64,000 nucleotides of DNA from Ruditapes philippinarum (lineage: Eukaryota). Where the stretch lies: NCBI RefSeq assembly GCF_026571515.1, contig NW_026856696.1:62001-126000 (forward strand). The letters run 5' to 3'. Below, piece by piece: positions 1-12,372 of the stretch. The position numbers were made by a program, and so were the translations under genes. Under the pieces are notes generated by a model. It was not told the DNA's origin. It did no database searches and saw only the letters and a program-made list of their open reading frames with translations. Every line of letters begins with the position of its first letter. Positions within the stretch are counted from its first letter, which is position 1.

Positions 1-1106
1 TATGCGACAGGTATTTCTGAAATAGGTTTTTGGAGTCACCTGAACATATAAACCACAGTGCTAACTTCATATGGTTCCAGTTTAGCTTGTTGTTTTTTTT
101 TATATTTTCGCGAATTGGTAATTTTTTATTGTCAAATTAACTAATCTATTAAATATTACATGTAAAAAATTTCAATACGACAGACGCAGACTGATTTTAA
201 ATGAAATAGAACAGTTTTGTGACAATGACAGTGTGACAATTTATTAATTTTATTTATCTTTATGTTCATATATATGCATAAAAAATATGAAAAAAAAAAC
301 AACAACAACAACAAAAAAAAAAACGATTTAAACAATAAATGTCAAATACTCGTGGAAAATAAACCATATTGAAAGCAGTTTATTATTTATTTTTAAACTT
401 TTAGAAATCATTCGCTTATTTCTTTTTTTCAGTGAAGGTTTTCCCCATTTTAGTTATCCAATATAAATGCATTTATAATTTGAATATATATAATATACAT
501 AATATGAGCATAAATAAATTCATAGCAAGGCAGTAAGATGTTTATAAAAAGGCTATCTCCATTATTCTAGGTTAAAAATAAACAGAAGAAAAACACATTC
601 ATATGAACTATCTCACTATAGTATGCTCTTTAATATGACTATCAGCTATTAAAGATTGCGAATATTCTTGGATTCTAATAAAAATAATCAGACACATCAT
701 TAGCTTTTATGACTAAATGAAGGAAGGACTAATACAACTTGTGGACATATCAAATAAAAAGAGATGTTTCTGTTCGTAGAAAATCATTTTATTTAAGGAT
801 TGGGCTAAAGTAAATAGTACAAAGAATAAAAACGTGGAGTTGGGTCATCAGTATGAAAAAGCTGTAAGAAGGAAGTAATCAAACACAACTCCGGTTAAAT
901 TTTCAGTAAATGACCTTATTTATTTGTAAGCATATAAAATAAATAAATCAAACACAATATTAGGAATAACAAAAGTAAATAAATAAAATAATTGCAAAAA
1001 ATAAATGAACACATAAAAAGCCAATTACACAGTTACTTATACCAAGTTAACATGTGGAGGTTTATTTTAGAAAATGGCGTAATGAAAGGACTTATAAAAG
1101 TCTATA

Positions 1107-1344
1107 TGAGCCGCATCATGACAAAAAACAATATAGTGCGTTTGCGACCAGCATGGATCCAGACTAGCCTGCGCATCCGCGCAGTCTGATCAGGATCCTT
1201 GTTGTTCGCCTACAAACCCTATTACAAGCAGAGAAACTGAAAGCGAACAGCATGGATCCTAATCAGACTACGCGGATGCATAGGCTGGTCTGGATCCATG
1301 CTGGTCGCAAACGCACTATGTTGGTTTTGTCATGACGCGGCTCA
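1107..1344. mobile_element. Palindromic ~238-bp MITE (TGAGCCGC...GCGGCTCA), copy 1 of 6
   Basis: Long (~100 bp) terminal inverted repeats with TA/TATA flanks; near-identical copies elsewhere in the window. Confidence 0.9.
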
Positions 1345-1359
1345 TATATCCCCAGCATT

Positions 1360-3423
1360 TTAAACGTTTTTGTTGACTATTTCTTCGTAGGAAGGAGGAG
1401 GTTCTTCATTCTTATCTCTTCCATCAACATATCTTGATACATGTCCATGGTCGTCAATGGTTCTGTTTAAATTCGGGTTGTTCACTCTGTCGTCATAGGG
1501 TATATCAGGACGAGGCCTCTCATGGGTACGTTGTTCTACTAATTCCCGCTGGACTTCGGCCCTAATCACATTTCTATAATAATCAAATTCTCTCTGCCGT
1601 TCATTCTTAATGCCGAATGCTCCAGTGTTACAACAAAATAAACAAATAATAACAATCGTTAGAATTAGAAGCAAAGCTGACAAAATAAGCGTTAACACAG
1701 AAAATGTTAGATTTGCATTAGTCTTTTGGCTACACGAGTTTATCGACCATTGTCCAGGGCTCTGTGTTTCTTGTATACATTCGATCATTCCCCATATTCC
1801 AGACATCCCCATCGCAACCAAAATACCACATAAGCAAAAGCAAAACCAGATCACCAGACTGATTGTCTGCAATAAAACAAAAATAATGTATTTATAAACT
1901 TGATATAAATATATCAGTAAGGTTTTGAATTATGAAGATCCCATGAAAAACACTGCCAATAAACCAATGAAAACAAGACTTCTTTAAATATCGCTTTCTG
2001 TAAACCGGTTTAAATAATTATATAATACCAAAGACTAGAAATATGAATTGTGCAAATAAAGTCCATCAAAAAGGGGATTTTTTGTATGATAACAAAACTA
2101 CTTTTATATTTAGCATCATTATATATCTTATTTTGCCAGAAAAAAATATGAGTAAGATAATGTTAAGGATTTCCTGCTTAAGGCAAGTAAAACTAAAAAA
2201 AGAAGTTAAACATTTTTTTGATAAAGGAAAATATACATTGTAAATTGATTCGCTATGCATGTACCTACATATTTGCGTTTTGGCGTTACAAAATGAACTT
2301 GCATACAACTTTTTGAAGTATATCATTATCAATTTTTCTTCTTGAGAAAAACTATAACTTACACAACAATTGAACAGTCCACTCATTTTGGTTCCAGTTT
2401 TTGTTTTCTTTCCTTCCATGTACATACAAAATGGACAAATGGTCATTGAGAGTGCCTGTGAAATACACAAAATATTACGCCGTCATATAAGTTAGTAAAA
2501 CACACATTGCGTTATTTACGTATACTTAACTATTGTGTAAAAATGTTATGTTAAAAAATGTATAAATTCTATCATTACCATAGATTGGCAACTTCACTGA
2601 TGTGCCCATGCTATATTAAGAGACCACAGAAATGTTTGATGTGTAAAAATAACCAAGTAAAATCAATAGAAAATAAGTTGAATGATAACAATAATGATTT
2701 TGGTAACGCAAACAATCCAAAAAACACTTTTTGACCGAGTCATAAAATATTGGGATGATTTAATATTACCATTACACCGGCGATAGCACTTCCTCCTAGG
2801 CTGTATGGGAATTTGCCCCCTGAGTACAGAATGGCCAGTATTCCTACAACACTTGCAATCAACGACACTAACGCCGTCAAAATTGAACATTTGCTCATCA
2901 TATTCAATCGTTTTTCTCTAATGATGGCTAAATCATCTGAAAATAACATTTGGAAAAAAATAATAATGAATCAAATCTGCTGTACTTATCGATACTTATT
3001 GAATTAACTTGCAATATATTATTTTAGGAGCCATTATACAACATTTATTGAAAACTATTTATGAAAATTTAAGACCTGTAATTACGCATACAGTCCATCC
3101 ATTCGGATGATAAGTGAACTTGTTAAACTTGATTGATAAGTTTGAATTTTACAGTGCAAATAGAAGAAAAATATGTGTTGATTCTTCAACTTTAATAATC
3201 ACCATTACTTATTAGTTACTAATTTGAATATTGCTCTATTATTGCGCAAAAATTGTTATGTATTCATGCAGAATGTTTTTAATGTTAACAAGTTACACGT
3301 ATCATCACCTCTTTCCACATCGCGTGTATCCATCTGCATATTTTGGTTATCACCTACGCCCGTAGTCTCACTCCGGTAAGCCATTATCCCATCTTTCATA
3401 GTAGCATTGCCCGCAGATGCCAT
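1360..3423 (-). CDS. Four-transmembrane (MS4A/CD20-like topology) protein with C-terminal PPxY motif, ~293 aa
   Basis: Exons 3423-3309, 2936-2770, 2455-2363, 1866-1360, all GT-AG with matching phases (1,0,0), 882 nt. Four hydrophobic segments, Cys pair in the TM3-TM4 loop, tail ends EEPPPSYEEIVNKNV. Family assignment is from topology only. Confidence 0.75.
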
Positions 3424-3840
3424 TGATATTCATTCGATTGCTCTCTTAGAACCAAAGCAAGAGAAAAAAATGTTTAAGAAGTTCGAAATTTCTACATGTA
3501 CGAGGTTATTATAATTATAGTGTTGAGTTCAGTAGTGAAGTCTATTGGACGAGTACATATAGCTGTCACATCTGAATAGGACGAAGCGCTAGTCAAGTCT
3601 AATATAGGTTTCGCAGTTGTGTTGTTCTAGTCCAGTACAATCAGTATTGTTCTCAAAAATGTGTATTGACCTCTTTATTTCACTTTTTTGTCATTTTGAC
3701 AGAATTCAGTTACTTAAAGTACAAAATGAAATTGATATAAATTTCTGACTCTGAAATGTGCCGTATGTAAAGATGAAATATTCCAATTACTATATAACTG
3801 ATAACGAATGAAAACAGGAACGGTTTAATAAATAGCTCTA

Positions 3841-3925
3841 TCAATCAAACTATAAATCATTGATTCATCAATTAATCAATCAATCGATCAATTAATCAAT
3901 CAATTAATCAATCAATCAATCAATT
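3841..3925. repeat. (AATC)n-type microsatellite
   Basis: Imperfect run of aatc/aattaatc units. Confidence 0.85.
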
Positions 3926-6900
3926 AGTTAATGTATTAGATGTTTTATTGACGATATTTTAAAAGTCATCTAAAACTTCATATTATTAAACCGTTGTAAC
4001 AAACAAAACTTAAAGAAAAGTGGTTAATTAAAACAGACCTATGTCAGAAACGGAAAGTGGTTGGGTTCAGAAAACCCTACATATTTTGTCAGTAATCGAT
4101 GGGGAATCTTAATATTTTCAATTATGAGTATTTACATATAATTCTGGACACTTGTTGGACTGTGGGGAAGTTTACTTTCCGGATTTGGAAATATAACATT
4201 TTAAGTGTTTTCTTAATTAAAGTGTTTTCAAACATAAGAAAAAAACTATTAATATTTAACCGGTCAGACAAAAGAAAAGAAAAATACAAAAAAGAAATTA
4301 AAAAAAGTTTGCCCAAAATTGGACTTGAAGCTACGTTCCCTGAAAACCTTTATTGAATACTCTTCGGAAAAGAGGTTAAGCATTAGTCATCTAATTAATA
4401 CATTCAGTCAATCAATAGTACGAAATCGTAATATGAAATCGTTACAGGTTTTATTCGCGTGATGAAAATATAAACAAAAATAACTGTGATAAAAGTATGT
4501 TTGCATAGTAGTTAATTGCAACTTACTTTTTACCTACAGTATATAATATCTAGACCGTATAAATTTCACTACATGTAATATATGTTTTTAATTTATGTTC
4601 AACGTCATGAATCAATGCTTGTATGCAGACTAAAGAGCATTACTTACAAGGCACTCCCCCAAACACATTTTCAATTTAAAGTGGAAAATAATCATATATA
4701 GGTTATATTACTGTATTCATTAGTCTAAAAAATATCATATTCAAGTTTTGTACAAGATGCAGAGCAGATATTGAAAAAGTAAACCCTCAAGAGAATGGAT
4801 ATAGAAATGTATTAAAGAAATAAGTATGATGTAAATCATTTACCTTTTTAATTGGTTGCATAAAATCCTTTTTTACACTATACACAGTGCCGATCGTCAC
4901 GGCCTAGTTATACAAGTGAGCTTCTGATCGATCAATATTATGAATTGTTGCATTGCTAGAAGTTAAAAATAGATCACATGCAGAGTCAAATTTATCATTT
5001 TTGGAAGCGCGTAGCTCTCTGTGTAATAGAAAAAGCATCGAAACACGAGGCTGTTTGATCAGATTGCCGAGTGTTCTTTCTCAAAACACGTTCCGTGTCG
5101 TCACAATATTAGACCCCATCTAGATTAAAGAAGAAGTAACCAATGTACGATCGAGCATCTGAGCATGACTTTTATGTCGTTATCTCTTTCCTTGTCGTCA
5201 AAATAAGTAAACCCCAGAAAAAATGAGCCAATCAACGAGCATGCTCTGTGCATGTATGGTATACGATTTAACTCTGACACGTTTTCAATAGTAAAGTCTC
5301 CAAATTATGATACAACTACTTGTAATCTATAAAGCATCCTCAAAACACATTCGTACTCGTTACGTGTATACACTTCATTTGCGCCCTGTATTTAGTTCTT
5401 TCTTTATTTTTCAAACTTGTATTTCTACAGCCTTGTCATTTTGGTATATTATTATATATACCCACTTTTAAATGAACACACATGTTTCGATTGTTACATT
5501 CATAAGTAATCATGCGACTAAGCCAGATCGTGTACTTTATATGCTTTGCACCTGACACATACAGTCATTCAAAGTAAGTATTTCTTATTATTCTGTTATC
5601 ATCAGCTAATTTTTAAGCATCACAAGTATCTTTGAAAATTAAAGACATGAATAGAAAATATTCAATAGCTACAATTTTTACTTTGGTAAACTGTGTATAA
5701 GTTCCAGTGATCTCTTTATTCAGAAAGTGCTTCTTAAACCATACTGAGGTTGAAAATGTACCTCTACAAACAGGACATAAATTACAAATTTCCACTTTCA
5801 TTTTACCAAGTTGCTGTTCCTCCCTACTCCAATCTCATTAAAATCAGATCATCGTTTTCGCTCACGTTACTCTTTGCCTTCCTAGCGACGGGTAGTGGAT
5901 CGACAGTTCGGATATGATTTTAATAAGATTGTTCCTTCTTTCTGAAACTTTTCATATAATTATTATGCACATTTTCTAGAATGTTGACCGAAATATCATT
6001 TAGCCATCTTGTCTTTTCGTCATCATTCATTAATGAGATCATGTAAAGTTTTGATTTCAAATCATTTTCCGTTTCCACACACATAACTTATCAACTTTTT
6101 AAGCATCAGGTACATCTTCTGTTGGCGAGATCTGAAACACAAAACTTCCATTTTCTATTTCTTTCTTAACGCAGGTATCTTATTTCTTCTCCTTTTTTTT
6201 TCAACATTAAAGCTATAATCCACAAATATCTATTTAATTAAAAGAGATACGTTAGAAGAAAACTTTACTCTTAGCCTTAAATTAACAACAGTACATTTAG
6301 ATTACAAGTTCAAGCATCACTGATGTTGACCTTATTATAATATTTTATCGGAGAGAATTTTATTTAAATGAAATTCTGGCTTTTGATATATAGACATTTT
6401 TGTTTTGTTTATAGGATGACATCGTCTCTGTAATTTGCAATAAAACATATTTATTTACCTAAATTTTTGTGTCACATCTTTATGTCCACTAACATCCCGT
6501 CGACTTATTAATTATTATTTAATTTCTCAGCTGTATTATAGACTGAAAATGTAACCACATATAATATAGACCCTAGAATATCACAGGCATGCATTACTTG
6601 ACCTGAATTCCATATGGGGAAAACAATATTATTGATGTTAAAAAGTTGAATTCAATACCTTATGGTAGTACATGTATATTCCTAATATTGTACTGAAATA
6701 TATGAGGGTACGTATACTTGTATTACATTCAAAACAAAACCACTGGTTCTATTATTGCATTATTGAACCAAACTAGTACTGGCACTGATACTATACCCCT
6801 GGTTCTAATGCATCCCTAATTGTTATATTTCTCCATTGAATATTCTTTATTTATCATTGAGAGAAACAACTTGTTTTCTTTGTATAATTTAAATTGTATA

Positions 6901-8285
6901 GGCATCTATTAGCTACTCGGTTTGATTATAAATCTGGTATCAGCTATGTTCAAATTCTAACATTAATATCAAAATTACACAATTATTATCTGACAAGATC
7001 AGCCAGTATGCCAGTGTGTGGACAATCTTTAAAATAACTATCACAATTTATTAGATTTAATCTATAGTTTAATTAAGACATTCTTAGCAGGAAAATGGTC
7101 AACTCAGTGTCAAAATTGGTGGGATAGAGTAGCATTCCCATGCACTTTTCAAATATTTTGAGTCTAAACAATGAGTTAGTACCATGTATTGTTAGGTAAA
7201 TGTTACTATTATTATCATGTTTCATAGTTATAAAAATGAACCATTATTTTGAAGCAATAAAGGTAATTGGTCAAATTTAATCATATAATTATGTGCATGT
7301 TCAGTTGATACAGTATCTTTATTTAGAGTATATTCCCTCTGTATGCAGAAGATGACAGGTAAAAGATAACTGTAAAACAGTGTGTGTTCTAAAAAGTTAA
7401 AAACAAGCTATGGAAATATTGTAGAAATCCTGAAGGAAAAGTGTGCATACCTGATATAAACCTCTGATAACGCCTTAATATAGTGACACTCTACCTAGAA
7501 ACTAAGGCGTATCTGCTATATGTTTTCCTTCAAGGGTAATGATATAAAACATTTAATTGACAAAAACTTCTTCTGATGTTACTCAGTTACCGATTTATTT
7601 TTCATTTGCCAATGCACACAAACATGTATTACTTACATGTGTAAATTTAACGTCCCCGCGAGGATTTTGATATTATTGGAAGTTTCAATAGGCTTGGACT
7701 GACTTATCACATTTTCTTCTTAAAGGTCAAATTATCGCCAAAATGTTTCTTTAAAAATAAAATAAAAATGACAATACCTGAAGATGTTCTTGATTTGCTT
7801 TGCTAAATGCTGTCTTCTCTTTTGTGCTAGAATATATATTTTGAATTGACCGGAATCCATCCTCGTAAAGTCGTGTTATTTTAGAAATGAATAAATTCTA
7901 GGTGTTATTTACCAGTAAGACACACGTATCCTAGCTAACAAGTTAATATATATGGTTCGTGCGTTTTCACAAGATATCTACATTTTCTTACAAAGAAACC
8001 TTACCAGTATAAAAGTAACAGTTTTTTTAAAGAGAGGCTTTATTCGCAGATTCAAAGACAGTGCACTAATATATGTTTTGAATATTTGGCTATATTTGTT
8101 GTAATAACTATACTTATCTTACTTCACAATCAAACAAATGAACTTTAAACATTACATACAAAACGACTATATGACTTTTTTGTATTAATTTGAAACATAC
8201 TTTTAATTCTGTAATTAATTCATATTAATTTGAATGTGTTTTCATAAACATGTATTATATGTATCATTAAATATTGTAATGCTAT

Positions 8286-10239
8286 TCAATTTACACCAAT
8301 CATGTTGTTACTTTCACATAAAATGAGTCTTTCGGTCAGTAATTTGTATTTAATGTCTTCAGGAAGGTCTTCAAATAAATCATAACATTCTGATTTTTCA
8401 ACATCTTCATCAGCAGCTGTAATGTAGCATGTTCTTGCAGTCCGACTTAAACCCATTAGTCTAACAGACAAATTCATATTAAGTCTAAGTCTTCCACTAA
8501 AAACACCGTAACCAAACTTGCAAACACTTGAGATAGCTTCATCGGTGATCTCTGCGTATCTACATTCAAGAGCTTTATGCAAGATTAAAAGGCAATTAGC
8601 AGCGTATTTCCGAAGATCATTGGCAGTAGTGTACTCGGAATTAGTGCCTTTGACGCTCATGCGTAACCAATCCCACATGACATTTTTACATCTCGTGATA
8701 AAAATTGCCACTTGATATTCTTCCGCTATCAACGCTAAACTTAAAACATTGCTACCTGAAATGAAATTTGCAAATTGAAATATAATCTTAATGTGAATCT
8801 GATAGAGGAGCAAACTGATTTAATATATCATGCTAACTTCAAAACAGCAAAACAAATAATGGCTGGGCGACTCTAGCAAAGGCAATAGAGACAAGAAGAA
8901 AAAATAAATAATCGTATTTTGTCTTGTCTGTTGGCTAGCAACAATATGCCGCTTGACATGCGTGCAGCGGACAATGTCAAAATTTGTTTCGAACAACAAC
9001 TCTTTCTAAATGTTGTTAAAACTAAGTAGGATTGTTTCTGGCATAAAAGGTTTGTAAAATTGTTCGAAGAATTCCATTCCATTAACTCTGGTTGCGATGG
9101 CAACCAAACAACCAAAAGAAAAAACTTCTTCTCCAAACATCAAGGGCTAAAGCTAACATATTTGATATGTAACGTTTTCTAGTCAACCTCTACCAAGTTT
9201 GTTGAATTATAGCTTTAAGATCAAAGTTCAGGTGCATGGTTTTCACTTATATGTATGTAGAGAAATCCTTAAAACCTGCAAGGACTTGAGCTTAGATATT
9301 TGGTATGTAACAATGTCCGGTAGGTATGTATAAAGTTTGTTTAAGAAACAGCCCTGATCTCGACATTTACCCTGCATGCTCCGGGGGTCATAGGGTTTCT
9401 TTATGTGTGTATAGTCAAAACAATTCTTCTCCTGAAACTTCACAAGCTAAAACTTGCCATGAAATATTGTAAAGTTGACCTCTTTCAACTTTCAAGTTTG
9501 CGAAAATTATATCATTTGAAAGATATCAGAAAATCTAGATTTTAATGCTGGGAAATACATATTTGTATTTTCAGCTGCAGACAACATTTAAATACACAGT
9601 TGCAGACGAAGAATTGAATTGATCCAGTGACCTACTTTATTAATTGAGAGGTACAATATTGAAATTTGAACTACAAGCACAGTTTCAAATTTGATTTATT
9701 TTATATCAATTCACCTAGATTTGTATCCAGTACAGCTATGGAATTTGGACCATACCCAGAACTTTAGGGGCTGATTCAAACATTGATATCAATTGAACTA
9801 CTTTATTACCGACTGACGTACTTTTTATCTCACCTGAGAATTATATGTCTTGTTTAGACTGCGTTTCTAAGGTGAGCGATATGGGGCCTTTTGACCCTCG
9901 TGTATATATATATCCATAAGGTCACAAAGGAGCAAATTGATTTAATAGCATAGCAACTTCAACTCACGTGAGATTTCCTTTTGAACCGCCGGATGTAGAC
10001 ACAGCAAAAATTCTTTAAAGTCGTCATATTTCTTTCCAGCTAACTTCACTTCACGTTCTTTCTTCTCTATAAAATTATGATCAAACATAGCTTTGAATAC
10101 TGGAGAAGCATATGTCAGTAGGTTTTCAGAGACGAATAGTATTTTTCCATCATCAAACAATAGTTTTAATCTCGTCTGTGCAATGTCCTGTCTCGGTAAA
10201 GCATTTGGGTATCACATCCTCTCCATTTTCTTCTGCCAT
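8286..10239 (-). pseudogene. BTB/POZ-domain gene, two exons, frameshifted near the N-terminus
   Basis: Exon 10239-9968 (donor c|gtgagt) and exon 8755-8286 (acceptor tttcag|gt) join as ...LTYASPVFKAMF...FKEFLLCLHP...EISR-SNVLSLALIAEEYQV, a typical BTB. The ATG frame (MAEENGEDV...HCTD) and the BTB frame (LKLLFDDGK) are out of register; total 742 nt = 3n+1. Confidence 0.7.
8915..9903 (+). mobile_element. Decayed Helentron-associated (HINE-like) satellite-bearing element in the BTB intron
   Basis: Diverged units resembling 25945-27477 (ctaccaagtttg, agcttagatatttgg) and the family 3' end aggtgagcgat...ggggccttttgaccct at ~9870-9900. Left boundary approximate. Confidence 0.55.
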
Positions 10240-12372
10240 ATTTTCAACGTTTGATCCTCCTAATAATAATATCCGTTCGACAAATAAATTTGATTACATG
10301 TACGACTAGTTTAAATATTTGCAATCATTAAATCAATATATTGGGCGCGTTAAAGCTATCGTCTGTGTAACTTCCTGTTCTGGTTCATTTGAGAGTTGTT
10401 ATATCGTCTCCATTTTCTTTTTCCATAATTCCAACTTTTAATTGATCTTCTATCAATATATTATTTCAACAAATATATATTGATGGTAAATGTAGATCGA
10501 TTATATTACAAATGTAGATTGTTTGATATCAGTTTATCAATATATATTGGGCGGTTGTACATAGGGGACAAATACGAGTTCAATTTACAAACGTCATAAA
10601 AGTGTTATAGAACTAGTAGTAGCAGTTAGTGGTAGCCACTAGTGTTGGTGAAAGTGATGGTGGTATTAGTAGTCCTTTTAAGTATTTGTAATGAAACTAA
10701 AATATGTCAGAGGGATGATACTTTTACCTGTTGTGTGTATATAAAAAAGGGTTATAAGAGTTTATATGTGTATGCACCAGCTTGATCCTACGTGCGGGAT
10801 ATTTTACCAGGGACTAGCTTGTATCAACTATTACCCCAGGTTGATTCTCTGGGTTAATTTCATTTATGACTGGGTTATAATTACCACACCTCAAATACCT
10901 TAGCCTGAACTGTTTTCTTAGAAGCGCATGGTAACAAATCATAAATGCAAATTAAAATGATATTGGTTTGATTCTAAAAACTGATCGTGTGCTTCTCCAA
11001 TGTAGAATTATAGTGAAGTGATTATTTGAAGTCGCCTACGTAACTAGCCTCGTCGAAATTGGAAAAACATCTACTACATGTTAATCTTATTTATCTCGCT
11101 GTCGATACGTTTAATGTGGTTTTTTTAAACAAATGATAATAATCTGAAAAATAAAGAAATGTTTTATAGATTTTAGGACACTATAAGACCATTTTGATAA
11201 CATAGATACACTTTGAACTACTCTATATATCACCTTGGTTCGGGTCATATTCTTCCTGCCCTGTGTAATTCTGATTGCAATAATGACACTATATCAAGCA
11301 CCTAGGCAAGATGGACATAATATGTAAATTAATAACACAAAATTTTAAAGATAAAACATTTACAAGTATTCATATATACATGGAGAAATTAGTATGTAAT
11401 ATATTTTATCTTTCTAGTGGTAGTATATCTACAATGCTTTGTGAAATTTGATGAACAAGATGAACAATATGCGCCTTTTCAAGTTTTAAATTTAAGTGAA
11501 GGAAATATTATTTAACACATTACAAATTTTATGCTTCATTTTATTTTCATTCAATTATCTGACAAGTTTCTGTTGAAGTACAAATGTATATAATATGCCC
11601 TGATTCGGTATCTTTTGTATTTTACCATACCGATCAATAATGAGATTTTAATTATGTCTCTACCTAACAGTCTTGCATGTTATCATTTTGTCGACATTTC
11701 TTTTTAGCACATTGTTATCGCATTTGTCATTTACGTTCCGCATGAAAAGTCAAAACATAATACACGAATATTATGTAGTCTTTGAAATGTTACTTGTTTT
11801 ATATGATACAGCATATTTTTTTAAAGCTCAATAGTTTATAGTGAATATGGACTATGTTTAATTGTATCAAGAAGTGGGCGTTTTTTAAAAATATTTTCAA
11901 GAGAGGGAAATGTTTACTAACAATGTTTTTAGCGTTGCGTTCAGCAACTACAATTAAAATCAGTCAGCCCATCACAAAAATGAAATAATCTGTATGCTAG
12001 TAAAACAAATTCCAAACGTCGTGCGCTGTTTTTTTCTTTGCCATCGATATCCAATGTAAAAAAACGGAGGGTATTTTTTTTTTATTTTTACCCTGTCCAA
12101 AGATGTCGGGTATGACTTTATTTAACGAGATAGCTCATTAAACCAACACTTAAATAGTCAATGAGGTTCTCATTTAAGAACAAAATAATTTACATTCATG
12201 CAAACAATGAAAATACAAAGAAGTGATTTTGTGCTTCTAGCCGTTAGAACTTAATGTGTATGACTTGTCAACAGTTAAATGTTTTATGTATTTGGGTGTT
12301 CTTAGTTTGTTTTCTTGTAGCGCAATTAACATGTGTATCATAATAACACATAGTCACTCACGCATGCACTTG

